This document shows, one piece after another, positions 24,401-37,348 of a stretch of 64,000 nucleotides of DNA (positions are counted from its first letter, which is position 1; each line of letters begins with the position of its first letter). The DNA lies in contig NC_058368.1 of NCBI RefSeq assembly GCF_018350175.1, forward strand, positions 39,000,001 through 39,064,000, read 5' to 3'. The notes beneath the pieces were generated by a model, which was not told the origin of the DNA, did no database searches, and saw nothing but the letters and a program-made list of their open reading frames with translations. Origin of the DNA: Felis catus (taxonomy: Eukaryota). Position numbers and translations under genes: made by a program.

Positions 24401-26335
24401 CTCTCTCTTCTTTTGGGACCCCAGTAATGCAAATGTTACTCTGCTTGATGCTGTCCCAGAGACCTTTAAGTTATCTTCATTTTTTTTAATTCTTTTTTTC
24501 TTTTTGGTTCCTATGTATGAGTTCTAATACTTTATCTTACTTTTTGCTCCTGTCCTTCTACTTTATCCAGTCCACTGTTGAACAACTAATGTATTTTTCA
24601 GTTCAGTTATTGTATTCTTAAACTTTTTGAATTCTGTTTGGTACCTTCTTATGTTTTTTTCTTTCTTTGTGAAGTTCTCATTGTTTTGATCCATTCTTCT
24701 ATGTATCCATAAGATACTGAGTTCATTGAGTATCTTTATGACCATTACTTTGAATTCTTTATCAAGTATATTACTTATCTCCATGTCATTGAGGCCTTCT
24801 ACTGAGGTCTTGTCGTATTCTTTTATTTGGAACATATTTGTTTCCTCAGTTCCTCTTCTAGAGAGAGAGAGAGCGACAGAGAGCGAGAGACAGTGAGAGA
24901 GTGTGCGCCTTGTAGATCCTTCCTGGCCACCACACCAGGAGATCTTAGGTATTCCCTCGGAGACAATTTCAAAAATTGAGGCCGCAGATGTATAAGCTCC
25001 TTTCTGGGAAGTCTCATTAAGATGTAGCTAGCCCGGTGGGGGCGTGCACAAGGATGGCGTCTCACTTCCTGTGTTCTCCAGGAGTGCCTCCTTAGCCTCT
25101 AGATGTATGGGAAACCTGAAGCCTGTCCCTCAGGCTGAATCTTCAAAGTGAGTAAAAATAGGCCTTTTTCACAGGAAGCCTGGGGTTATGTTTCATTCTA
25201 CTCTCCGTGCAGTGCTGTGTGGGTGGTGGCTGGCCAAGAACTATCTTTCCAATTGTTACAGGCCTCTGGAGCTCAGGAACGCCAGCACTCATGGCCACCA
25301 GGACCAGTCAAAGTTTGTTCCCTGTGTATTCCTGCTGGCTTTAGTAAAATAGCAGGAGAGCATGGTGGGCAGGGCACACTCCCCAATTTTAGAAAGACAT
25401 TAGGGAAAATGCCCTGACTTTGCACATTGGTGGGCTGTGGCAGTGCAGCTAGAGAATTCTTTGTCTGTTGTGTGCATGGGCTTTAAGCTTTAGGGGATTG
25501 AGGGGGAGTGTCATAACTACCCACTTGCTCACAGACTTTAACTAGGGAGCAGGAGAGCTCTGAGACCATTTGGACTCACCCACTGCAGCCAGAAAGTGAG
25601 GGAGTGCTGCAAATGCCCATAGTCTCTTGCCTTGGCAAGTGCTACCACTGCTCATTCTTGCCCATCCCAGCAAAGCAGGAAGAAGATGCCATATCCAAGC
25701 TTGCCTGCCTGTGTTAGCAGGCTATGTGAAGAGTGAAACGATGGTGTCCACCAGCATCTCTGTCTCCACGGAGCGTCTCAGCTGATTCCATCCCTCTAGA
25801 TGATGTACCCAGATCAGCAAATGAATCTCCCTCACAGATAATCTTGGTGATTTTCAAACTACTGTTTTTTTTTCACTGTGTCTCAGGGCAAGTGTGACTG
25901 CACACAAACTCTCCAAGGGGGGAACCTCAGTTTCCTCTAGCACTTTGGGACTCCTAGATGTCAATTTCATTGGTTTTCTAAGCCAGACATTCTGGGGGCT
26001 GGTCTCTCTCATGAAGATCCCAGGAGCTTGGGTGCCGAATGCGGAGCATCAACCTCTCTTTCTTCTGGATGAAGTACCTCGCTAATGAGATCCCTCCCTA
26101 TTTTGTCTTAGCATGATGGGGGTGGGTTTTTTGTGAGACAGTGTCTCTGCCTGTCCTACCCATCTCAGTGTGGTTCTTTTGTTATTTGTTCTGGAGGAGC
26201 TGTTTATCTAGTTTTCACACCTTTTTTTCAGAGGGAAATTCATATATATGTAGCTCTAGATTTGGTATGTCTATGGGAGGAGGTGAGTTTAGGATCTTAC
26301 TGTACCTCCAGTATACTACACTTGGACCCTTCTCT
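21481..26335 (-). mobile_element. LINE-1 element B: decayed ORF2 (with deletions), ORF1 and 5'UTR
   Basis: EN-like peptide IDTYRTCHPKAEYTFFS, ORF1-like peptide MEISNILDKEFKVMVIKILNEL, and a GC-richer 5'UTR at ~24900-26335. Confidence 0.82.
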
Positions 26336-27416
26336 TTCATGAATTACTGATTTTCTGTAGTAGTATGTTTTGATTTTTTTAACTTTTTGGGTGTCTACAG
26401 TGGTTTTTTGCTTGTGGTTACCATGAGGCTTATATAAAATATTTTATAGATGTAACAGCCTAATTTAAGCTGTTAACAACTTAGATTGTACACAGAAACT
26501 GTATCTTTTATCTCCCCCAAGCCATTTTATGTTTTTGATGTCATAATTTACCTTTTTGAATTATGTATAATTAACAAATTATTGTAGCTAATAGTTATTG
26601 TCAATATTTTTGTCCTTTAACCTTTGTAGTACAGTTGCAAAATACTACCATATTGCCATATTAGTATACTCTCAATTTCACTGTATACTTAGTTATACCA
26701 GTGTATTTTATGTTTTCCTGTGTTTTCATGTTACCAGTAGGCATCCTTTTATTTCAATTTGATCAACCCCTCTTGGCATTTCTTATAAGGTGAGTCTCAT
26801 GGTGATTAACTCCCTCAACTTTTATTTGAAAAATTTTTATTTCTCCTCCACTTCTGAAGGACATATTTGGTGGGCAAAGTGTTCTTGGTTGGATGTTATT
26901 TTATTTCAACACTTTATATCATCCTATCTCTCCTGGCCTCCAAGGTTTCTGCTGAGAAAGCTAGTGATCGATAGTCTTACAGGGGTTCCCTTGTATGTGA
27001 GTTCTTTTTCTCTTGCTGTTTTACAATTCTCTTTCTCTTTGAATTTAGATGATTTTATTATAATATGTCTTGAAGAAAAATTGTTGCTGTTAAAATTTTG
27101 GGGTGGATCTATGACCTGAATGAAAGTGTATATCCATAACTCTCCCCAGATTTGGAAAATTCTCAGCCATAATATCCTTAAATAATATGCCCCCTTTTTT
27201 TTTTCTCTTCTTCTTAAGGGACTTAATGCATAGATCATTTCTTTCAACGATAGGCTTTCTTCATTCTTTTATATTATTTTTCTTTGTTCTGATTGGATAA
27301 TTTTAAATAATGTATCTTTATGAGTTATTTTTTTCTGTTTAAATCTTTGATGTTCTCTATTGTATTTTACATTTATGTCATTGCTTTCTTTAGCTTCAGA
27401 GTTTATGTTTATTATT

Positions 27417-27641
27417 ATTTTTTTTTTAATTTTTTTTTCAACGTTTATTTATTTTTGGGACAGAGAGAGGCAGAGCATGAACGGGGGAGGGGCAGAGAGA
27501 GAGGGAGACACAGAATCGGAAACAGGCTCCAGGCTCTGAGCCATCAGCCCAGAGCCCCACGCGGGGCTCGAACTCCCGGACCGCGAGATGGTGACCTGGC
27601 TGAAGTCGGACGCTTAACCGACTGCGCCACCCAGGCACCCC
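27417..27641 (-). mobile_element. Young felid SINEC_Fc
   Basis: Near-identical to the 19318 copy; TSD TTATGTTTATTATT. Confidence 0.97.
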
Positions 27642-28039
27642 TTATGTTTATTATTTTTATCTAAATTTCTCAAGTTCGTGATTTGTTTTCTCGATTTCAA
27701 TGAAATGTATTTTTGTTTTCTTGCTGCTTACTGAGATTCCTGAAAGCAACTGTTTTTGTGTCTTTATCAGGCAAATCACATATCTCCAGGTTTTGGTGTT
27801 GGTTACTAGAAAATTACATAATTTTTTTTTTTTTTGGTGGTGTCCTGTTTCCATGATTTTTCATGATTTTTGACACTTGTATTACTGTCTTCACATTGAA
27901 GAAGCAGTTGCCTCCTCCAGTCTTTACTGACTGGCTTCAGGAGAGATATACCTTCCGTCAGCCCTGTCAGAGATTCTGAAGCATTCTCAGACCTTTTCTA
28001 TGGATGTGACTTTTTATTTCTTCCTGAGGAGGAATTCTT

Positions 28040-28422
28040 TTTTTTTTTTTGAAATATGAAATTAATTGTCAAATTGGTTTCCATACAACACCCAGTGCTC
28101 ACCCAACACCCAGTGCTCATTCCAACAGGTGCCCTCCTCAATGCCCATCACCCACCCTCCCCACCCTCCCACCCCCCATCAACCCTCAGTTTGTTCTCAG
28201 TTTTTAAGAGTCTCTTATGTTTTGGCTCCCTCCCTCTCTAACCTCTTTTTTCCCCCCTCCCCCATGGTCTTCTGTTAAATTTCTTAGGATCCACATAAGA
28301 GTGAAAACATATGGTATCTGTCTTTCTCTGTATGACCTATTTCACTTAGCATAACACTCTCCAGTTCCATCCACGTTGCTACGAAAGGCCATATTTCATT
28401 CTTTCTGATTGCCATGTAGTAT
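28040..28422 (-). mobile_element. Young, heavily 5'-truncated carnivore/felid L1 3' end
   Basis: Poly(T) plus L1 3'UTR with C-rich tract; perfect 16-bp TSD CTGAGGAGGAATTCTT (28024-28039 / 28423-28438). Confidence 0.92.
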
Positions 28423-30897
28423 CTGAGGAGGAATTCTTCAGAGTGTGTGTTTGCAAAGCCAGGTTGGTTGCTGACAGTCTCTCATTTGTTTTTCCCAATC
28501 CTGTAGAGTTGAGTTGACTTTATGTGCGTGCTCACTAACTGTTTGCAAAGGCCACTCTCAGTACTGTTGGGGACATGCACATGGAGCTGGCCATGGGGTA
28601 GAGATATGTGTGGGTGAAGTGTGTGGAGTACTGGGGTTCCTGTGGACCACGTTAGTGGGCAGATATGGCACACCCAGTAGTTCATGGTCTGGCTTCCTGA
28701 TGTAGTTGTGGCTGGTTGCTCACTCACATGCTTTTACTTTCCCCTGTGGGAGAAATTATGAGCTGAGATGGCCAGTCTTGGCACTGAGCTGTGCCGCCTT
28801 TGGGGAGGGATGGTGCAAGTAATGTGAAACTCTCTTTTACCCTTTTTAATGCACTCAGTCTCAGATTTTTTTGCTCCAGCTGTGTGATAGAACTTCTCTA
28901 CTGGACTCATGGACCTCCACAAAGGCTCTCTTATTCTTGGGTAGTTGTCAGAATTGCTATTCTTTGAGGGGAAGATGATAGAAAACTCTTGTACCACCAT
29001 TTTCATGATTTCATTTCTCTACTTGATTTTGACTCTATAAATTTAACAGTGGAAGTATATTCACCCATTGTTACTATTACCCATGTCAATGGAGAAGAAA
29101 AGATGTGTTAGTAGTGTGGACATGGGCGAGTAGAAGGGGATAGGGAATATTTCTAATAAATAGTAAATTTTGAGCAAATACATAGTTAAAGGAAGCTAAA
29201 TAGAACAAAAACACTAAAATCTTAGGTGTAAAGGACCTTAAGCAAGAGGTATCCTGATACAAATTGATGTCTGTCCAAGAATATCACCCTTTGCCAATTA
29301 GGAGTATAACCAATTCCTTAGTGGAGAAGATTCAGAAGCTTATTTTTATATAAAGTTATATTAAAATATGTTTACAAAATTTGTGTAATTGTAATTAATA
29401 ATATCTGTGTTTCATTCTTATGCTATTTCATAATATATATGCTATGATAAACATATTTCCAAACTATATTGCTATATTATAGTTTATGTAAAAATATATT
29501 AAAAGTTAATTTGTAAATATGTATTAGGGATACTTTAATACTTGATATTTATTTTGATTGAATATCATTTTAAGTTAATAATTAATATTAAGGATAATAT
29601 GGTTGGTTCCAACACAGTTGACTAAAATTTCTGCAGTTTTGCTATTAAAGAAAAAAGGATCCATAATGAATGTATATCACAGTCAAATTCTTAAGTGCTA
29701 AGTTGCTGTTTAAGGGCACTATGATGTGAAAACTTACTCTGGTTAATTAATAAAAACTCTAGCAGCTATTCAATAAAATGAAGAAAATATTTATATTGAA
29801 CAGTAATAGAAAGATAATACGAGAGTTACATTTTAGTACCTCAGGAACATTTTAAAAGCATAAGAAAAGTAAAATTCCACTTAAAAGCTACTAAAATTTA
29901 CATTCTTATTATTTGTATATCATTTTGTTTTTCAAGTTGTTAACCTTACTTTAAAAAGCTACAAATCATTTTTCCTAACACAGACAACTTGATTTACCTC
30001 AGCATACCTACAGATACTGCAGCTTTTCTGTGAGAAATAACCAAATAAATTTCCAAATTTAAGAATCCCTAAAATTCAGAAGTCCTCATTATTGACATTA
30101 CACCTCAATTGCTGACTCATTTATTGCACTATTTCATGCTGAGTGGTTACTCTGAAGTTTGTGCCAGTTCAGTTGTTATCCATCTTAGTAATGAGTTCTG
30201 CTAAAATCATTTCCTTATTGAGAGTAAATTGTCCTATTCAGAAATGTCAGTCATGAATATAAAATTTAAAGTACAGTGTAACTAGCAAAGATACAATGTA
30301 ACTAGCAAAGATAGTTAATGAATGTTGTGCACTTGTAATAATCAATTTATATTAAACCTGAAATTCTTTGTAAAACATGCATGATCTTTAAGGATGATGG
30401 TAGGAGATTAAAATAAACTGGCTTTAAATTCTAAGAAACAGCTCATTACTCTGGTTATTAGGGCTGAAACCCTTTGAGATTATAGTTTTTAAATACAGGT
30501 AATTTTTATCTGAGCTCAAAGATAAAAAATATGTGTATCAGTCTCTTTTGTACACACTACTTCAAAATTATATTCTTCTCTGCCTCCTATTAAGTTATTA
30601 ATATATTTAGTTAGTATTAGAAGTACAGTTAAATTTTCTGTCCGATGGCATCTTGATATTGTTTAAGAGGCTATTACTACTGGACTTCTATTTCTTATGT
30701 TATCCTTATTTCCTTTATTCAAATGAACAGCTAATTAATAACCTTATTTTACATTTGAAGGGGAAACTCATTAACTGAAAGATTCCTGTCTGAAATATTG
30801 GTCTTTGAAAATATTTGCTTTGACCACGTTTTTTCAAATTAATTTGGCACTTTCTTCCTCCTCTCCTATCCTTTCCCACTCAGCCATGTGTGCGCAT

Positions 30898-30898
<1 letters not shown>

Positions 30899-30932
<34 letters not shown>

Positions 30933-30941
30933 CACACACAC
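30899..30941. repeat. (CA)n microsatellite
   Basis: Direct reading. Confidence 0.95.
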
Positions 30942-31258
30942 GTGCCGGTCTGCCTTTGTACCTTTACATCCCTCATATAACTCCATGGCTCCCCTCTTTA
31001 TTATTCTTTTAGGGAATACAATGTTCCAGATATTCACCATTGTTTCTGTTTACCATCTAGAATGGTACAGAAATTATATTCATGACTAGAAGGGAGAAAC
31101 ACACCCCCCCCCCAAACATTTATTTTCTCTACAAAGAAGGCCCAGAGCCTCTATCCACAGTCCAACAGTTTTTACTTCATGTCTCCCCTCATGGCAGTCT
31201 CCCCTCTATTTTGCTAACATACTCTCTAACTGGTCCTCCTCTTGCCATCCTCACTCCC

Positions 31259-31701
31259 TATTGGAGGCTGAATGTATCCCCCTAAAAGATAGGTTCAAGT
31301 CTTAACCGCAGGTGTGGGTACATGTAAATGTGACCACGTTTGGAAGCAGTGTCTTTGTAGAAGATAATCAAGTTACAATAAACTCATCCTGGCTTCAGGT
31401 AGTCCCTAATGTAGTGATTGGTATCTTTATATGGAGAAGAGAACTTCAATAGGGAGACCACTACATGGGCCGCAGCAGAGACTGCAGCAAAGGACCAACA
31501 GAGCAAGGAACTTTAAGAATGTCCGGCAACCACCAGAAGCTACGAAAAGCAAGGAAGGATCTTCCTGTAAGAATTTCAGAGAAAGTGTGCCCAACACCTT
31601 GATTTCAGACTTCTGTCATTCAGAACTGAGAGAGAAAATATCTGCAGTTTTCAACCCCCAAGGTGTGGTATTTGTTTTGGCAGCCCTCATAAACTACTAC
31701 A
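31259..31701 (+). mobile_element. MaLR LTR (MLT1C-like)
   Basis: GGCTGAATGTATCCCCCTAAAAGATAGGTTCAAGTC...AACACCTTGATTTCAGACTTCTG...GGCAGCCCTCATAAACTACTACA. Confidence 0.85.
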
Positions 31702-32231
31702 CCTACTTTCAGTTCAGTCTCAACAGAAGAGCAGGAAGATCCTTTGTCCCCATAACATATTCTTAAGAACTCGGTGATATGTAGCATTACGTACCAAATC
31801 TTGTCCCTTCTGTGCTCAGAATGCTCTCGTATCTCCACTGTTCTCTTACAGTAAAAGCCATTACATTTTAATTTCTGTTGGGCTATATTTGATCAAGTCC
31901 AAATTGGGTCTTCTGTCTTAATTTCTAGACTTTCTGCCTTGCTCAGTCTGCTTTAAGAACTGGCCTTTTTCTTGTTCCTAAAATATAGCTAGAATTTCAT
32001 TTTTAGGCATTAGCATTGTGGATTTTTTGTGGTTGGCATGTTTTTTTGCTCAAAAGTTTATGTCTTAACTCTTCCATTCTTTGTTTTTGCAGTTTTCATT
32101 GCTTCTTTCTATACTGTTTTAACTGGAGTTTTTCTCCCAAAATTCTGTAAACTTTAATAAATTGTTTTTACTATTTCATATCTTTCCCTGCTACAATGCA
32201 TTTAAACATCATATCAATTTTCCATTTTATA

Positions 32232-32510
32232 ACTGCTCCATCCAATACAGTAGCCACTAGCCACATGTAGGTAAGCCTTTTGATACTCAGATTTAACATG
32301 TGCTGTGTGAAGTGCACACAAAGTTCCAAAAACTTACTATAAAAAATACTGTAAACTACATTAGTAATATTTATATATTGATTCCATTTTGAAATAATAT
32401 TTTAGATATATAGGGTTAAATAAAATAGAAAATTTCAATGTTTTCAACTTCTTAAAATGTGGCCTCTAGAAAATCTTAAATTGCATGTTTTTCTCACAGT
32501 TCTGGTCCAC
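32232..32510. mobile_element. MER33/MER3-like hAT MITE
   Basis: TCCAATACAGTAGCCACTAGCCACATGT...GATATATAGGGTTAAATAAAATA...ATGTGGCCTCTAGAAAAT. Confidence 0.8.
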
Positions 32511-33239
32511 ATTAAACTTTTATTCAAAGAGTGGTGATCTGGATGAAGCTGATCTTTAAAGGTTGGGAGGGGAGGTTAGATATGAATGAGTGCTAAAGTG
32601 CTCATGCTTCTTAGGAAACACATTTATGTTTTATGAAGGAATTTCTGAATGCACTTTCACAAAGACTACATTATTTCATGGTAATTTTGGTGACAATGTA
32701 AGGTCAATTGGGGGCACATTTTAAGGAGGTCTCAAATTAGAAACTGCTTATTTTGTGAGCTCAGTTTTATGAATTGAAACAGAACAAGTGTATAAAAATA
32801 GATGTATTGAAAATGTTATGTTACCCAAAACAGAATGCATAGCTTTAAATTATATCTTAATTCCAAGAGTAATGTTTTTAATGTTTCTTAATTTGTAAAA
32901 CCCTGCATTACACCATAAAACTAGCTTTAAAGTGTATGGAGTGCATGTATTATACTTCTGAAGGAGCTTTTGATCAGATGATAAAATAGAATATTAGTCG
33001 TCATCTGAAAATGTAAGGGATCAGAGGTTGGTTTTTTATATGGACAGAAAGAGAAAACAAAACCATCTAAGTATTATTTTTAAACAGTGGAAATCAGAGC
33101 AATGTCATTTCATCCTTACATTTCCTGAACTAATGCACTGTGATAAAGAGTGCATTAATTTTGGTGCACTGGTGGTATATGGAGTTGTGCAGTGACACAT
33201 AAAGAAGCACACATGGATATACCAGCAAGAGGTGAAGGC

Positions 33240-33705
33240 TGTTGGGCATGGACCAAAATTTATTCCTCCCTGTTCTATTATAACTGAAGATATGGCCATC
33301 TAACATTGACTGTATTTCCAAGCCTGTTTGCTGTGAGATGTGACCTATGACTAATCTCTTGACAATGAAAAGTGAGCTAAATTATATATGAAAATTTTGG
33401 GTCCAGTCTTGAAAACATTAGTTATCCACTCTCCCATATTGTCGAAACTTTTTCACAACACTGAAAGTGATTCATAGGAAATCCAGTTTGATACCAAAAA
33501 CAAAACCAATGCCCTGTGGGATAGCAGAGGCACATGGTGAAGATCTTGGTTGCTGAGTGAATCCATGAGGCAGAGTTGTCTTACCAACCTGGACCTTTTA
33601 TCTCAGGACTGTTACAAGGAAGATAAATTCCTATATTCCTTAACTCACAATGGTTTTTTGGGAGACCTCTCTGTACTTCAGCTTAGCCTTTAACCTACTG
33701 AATAA
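33240..33705 (+). mobile_element. Old MaLR LTR (MLT1H/J-like)
   Basis: TATTTCCAAGCCTGTTTGCTGTGAGATGTGACCTATGACTAA and a 3' end CAGCTTAGCCTTTAACCTACTGAATA. Confidence 0.6.
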
Positions 33706-34077
33706 AATGTTGCATCTAGAAAATTTCTCAAAGAACAAAGAAGATAGTAATTTTTGTAGTAGTTTACTATGAATAATATGCTATCTCACATATACTTGCA
33801 CAAGGAACAGATTATCTTAATTCCATTAGCATTATTCTCACTTTCTGAAAACTCTATTCACCCATTCCCAATTACTGTAGTGCAGTCAAATTACTCAGCT
33901 CTTACACCTGTAAAATATTCTCACATTCCATTGAGAACTAAATGTGGTGATTTGTTTGAATGTTCTATACCCATAAAATTCAATACAGTGTGTTCTAAAT
34001 TTGAGCCTGTTTGTTCAAGAGCTTTTATGAGAGTTTCTTAGTTCAGTAATACCCAATTTGCCAAGTCCTCTTTCTTT

Positions 34078-34108
34078 TTTTTTAAACTTTTTTTAATGTT
34101 TATTTATT

Positions 34109-34162
<54 letters not shown>

Positions 34163-34335
34163 TCACAAGCCGGGGAGAGGCAGAGAGAGAGGGAGACACA
34201 GAATCAGAAGTAAGCTCCAGGCTCTGAGCTGTTAGTACAGATCCCAACGTGGGGCTCAAACCCAGGAATGAACCGCGAGATCATGACCTGAGCTGAAGTC
34301 AGATGCTTAACTGACTGAGCCACCCAGGGCACCCC
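34078..34335 (-). mobile_element. Can-SINE with a long (GA)n
   Basis: TSD CCAAGTCCTCTTTCTTT at 34061-34077 / 34339-34355. Confidence 0.95.
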
Positions 34336-34424
34336 TACCAAGTCCTCTTTCTTTGCACTTATAACAGTGATTAGGCAGTATATCATTGGAGAGGCAGCAT
34401 ATCATAAAGGTCAAAAATGGAGTT

Positions 34425-35086
34425 TGATGCCGTAGACTCTGGGTCTGGAGTTCTCTCCAGTCCAGCAAGAGAGCGGGGCACAGGATTGAAAATGTGAGAG
34501 AGGCTAATGTCCGGGAGGAGACATGAGCCCCAAGTAAGGAGGTCCTTGCTCCATTTTTATTACAATCAGAAGGCTTGTATGAGCATGATGGGCATGCACA
34601 AAGAGACAGTGAAACCATGAACATTAACTCATGGGCATGGGTAAAAGGGGGTTTTGGAGATATGTGGTGTTAGGGGTTTGGGTCAATACAAAACAAGATT
34701 CTCCTGCTGGGTGGAAGGTTGTTTACAGCAATCATGAGGCTCCACCTCTGTTTACCTAAACTGGCCTAGGGGATAAGAAAGACAGAGCATGTTACCTCGG
34801 GTCAAAAAGGCATCTTTCTTTTGCTAATTAGCTCAGCTCTGGGCAACTTTGCCCCTCTGCAGTCTGTAGCCCTATTTACCTGTTTACCTAATTAGTCCTT
34901 CCTTCCTGTGGAAGCAGCTTTATGCTGTTGTCTTATACCTTGTCCTATACTGGGGGCCTTTGCCCCATTTACCTAATCTTACTTGCCTAATCTTGTTTAT
35001 CCAAACTTGGTTGTGTTCATCCTATGGCTCTCTCTAATACTTTATGCCTTATTAACCCATCATGCAAGCTCAGGGAATTTCCCACA
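34425..35086 (-). mobile_element. Solo ERV LTR (~660 bp) inserted in a MIR
   Basis: TG...CA termini; direct repeat AGTTTGA overlapping both ends (34421-34427 / 35086-35092); AATAAA on the minus strand at ~34557-34562; MIR halves on both sides (34388-34424, 35087-35260). Confidence 0.75.
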
Positions 35087-35359
35087 GTTTGACAGTCCTG
35101 AGGTTCCAGCCTCAAATTCTATACTCTTTCCTTGGGCAAGTTGTTTTCCTTCTTACGTGAAAATGAGGATATCACTAGCACCTGACTCATAGGTTGGCTC
35201 TGGATATTTGAAACTTTAATATGTATAAATTGTTAAACGTAGTGGTAGGTGCATAGCAAATTAATTCATTTGTTATATTTTTATATTTCTAAAAATGTTA
35301 TCATTTTCTATTAGATTGCCTTTTAACCCAGTGAAGTGTTAAAAATTATTGATAAAGTA

Positions 35360-36850
35360 TCCATTCATGTGCTTCATTGTCATTGTTTTTTTCAAATCTT
35401 TTGGCCATTTAAAATTGTTTATATTTTTTGTTCATTTAAAAAATTATGTCAATGGCACCTGGGTGACTCAGTTGCTTAAGTGTTTGACTTTTGATTTGGG
35501 CTCAGATCATGATCTCTTGGTTCCTAGGATCGAGCCTCAAGTTGGTGTGTTGATAGCACAGAGCCTGCTAGGGATTCTTTCTCTCCCTCTGTCTCTCTCT
35601 GTTCCTCCCCTGCTCGTTCTCTCTCTCTCTCTCTCTCTCTAAATAAATAAATAAATAAACATTAAAAAATAATAAATTATTATTTAATTTTTCTTTTTAG
35701 CTTGTTGTATGCTTCCTTTTTATATTATGGACATCTGTCCTTTCTCAGATAAGGGTTTTGAATTTTTCTCCAGTGTATGGCCTGCTTATTCATTTTTAAC
35801 AATGCCTATGAGGAACAGAAGTTTTTTTGTTTTTTTGTGTATGTGTGTGAAGTCAAATTTATTATTATTTTCTTTTACAGTTTACACTCTTTGTCCTACC
35901 TACAAAACCTTTAATCCAAGCAAAAAAGTTTTTCTCCTACTGTTTTTTAAAATCTTACTTTTTCAGATGTTGAATTTAGCACTATGAGTCATCAAATTAA
36001 TTTTTGTATGTGGAGTAGAGTGGGGGTTGACTCTTACCTTTTGCCCATTCTTAACCAGATGGTACAGTATAAATTGTTAGAAAAAAAGAAAAGTAATCTG
36101 TTCGCATTGAGTTAACTTGAAACCTTTGTCATTCAGCAATTGACAATATATGTGTGGGCATATTTCTAGACTATGTATTTTATCTGTTAGTTTATCCTTA
36201 CACTAATTTCACAGTGTCTTTATTGGGCTAGTTTTCAAAACTTAACCTCACTTATCATTGTTAGTGACTCTTTGTGCATTCTTTGGAATTTTATAGAGTC
36301 ATCATCATGTTTACATATACATAGTTATGTTTCTTTTCAACCTCTGTGCTTTTTTCTTGTTTTATTTTACTGGGTAACACCTCTAAAAAGTACTGAATAG
36401 GAGTGATAATTGGATATCCTTTCCTTAATCCCAATCATAGTAGGAAATTAGTCTTTTACTGTTAAGTAAGATGTTAAGTGTAGGTTTCTTATAGACGGAC
36501 TTTGTTAGATTGAGGAAGTCCCCTTTTATTCCTTGTTTTTGGTGAAAGTTTGCAGTTAAATTTTATATTTGATTTGCTAATACTTTAAACAATTGTTTCT
36601 ATATTCTTAATAAATACATGTTTTTTTTATGGTGTCTTTATGATTTTAGTATGTGCATATTTCTAGTCTCATAAGTTAACTTAGGAAGGGTTCTTGACTG
36701 TCATTTTTTAGGAAGATTATACAAAATTGACAACATTTATTACTTTTGGTATAATTCATAATGAAGTTACTTAATCATGGAATTTTATTTGTGGGAGGAT
36801 TTTTATCTTCATGTTTAACTTAAATAATGTAGATGAGGCTATTAAAATGT
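35360..36850 (-). mobile_element. Ancient degraded L1 ORF2 remnants
   Basis: Residual motifs (GTGAAGTCAAATTTATT, AGATTGAGGAAGTCCCCTTTTATTCCT). Confidence 0.65.
35454..35680 (+). mobile_element. Can-SINE (older)
   Basis: Head GGCACCTGGGTGACTCAG, (CT)n, AAAT tail. Confidence 0.92.
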
Positions 36851-37348
36851 GTATATATATAGTTAAATATAATACATATATGTTGTGTATATACAGGGAG
36901 AGGGAGAGATAGATATTGTAAGGTTTACTGTAATTTTTTCATATGTATTTTTTTCATATATTTTCACAGTTTTCATCTGTGTTGGAATGTCATCAGTTTC
37001 TAACAAATTTCACAAATAATGTAAGATAGATAGTATTATAATCCTATACATATCTTTTATCTTTAATATTTTAAGATTTGAAAATAGTAAATTATTTATG
37101 ATTTTAAATATATGATATAATAATATTTTTCAAAATCTTTGTCATCTTTGAAAGTATTAATGGACAAAAATATCCTGTTTCAACTAGGTTGGTGTTAGGT
37201 ATATATGACTTTATTCTAGGACTATTATAATAAAAAATAAAATTTGAAAAAGCTTTAGGAAGTTAATGTACAAATTTTTAACAAAATACAGTGAAAATAG
37301 TATGTTAAATTTGAAATATAATAGGTCACTTAAAATTTCCTTTTATTT

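Larger units (their letters stand above)
26340..29012 (-). mobile_element. LINE-1 inter-ORF/ORF1/5'UTR segment (probably the 5' part of element A)
   Basis: ORF1-like peptide SRHIIIKSSKFKEKENCKTAREKELTYKGTPVRL; repeats the L1 region already seen at 23580-24500. Confidence 0.78.
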
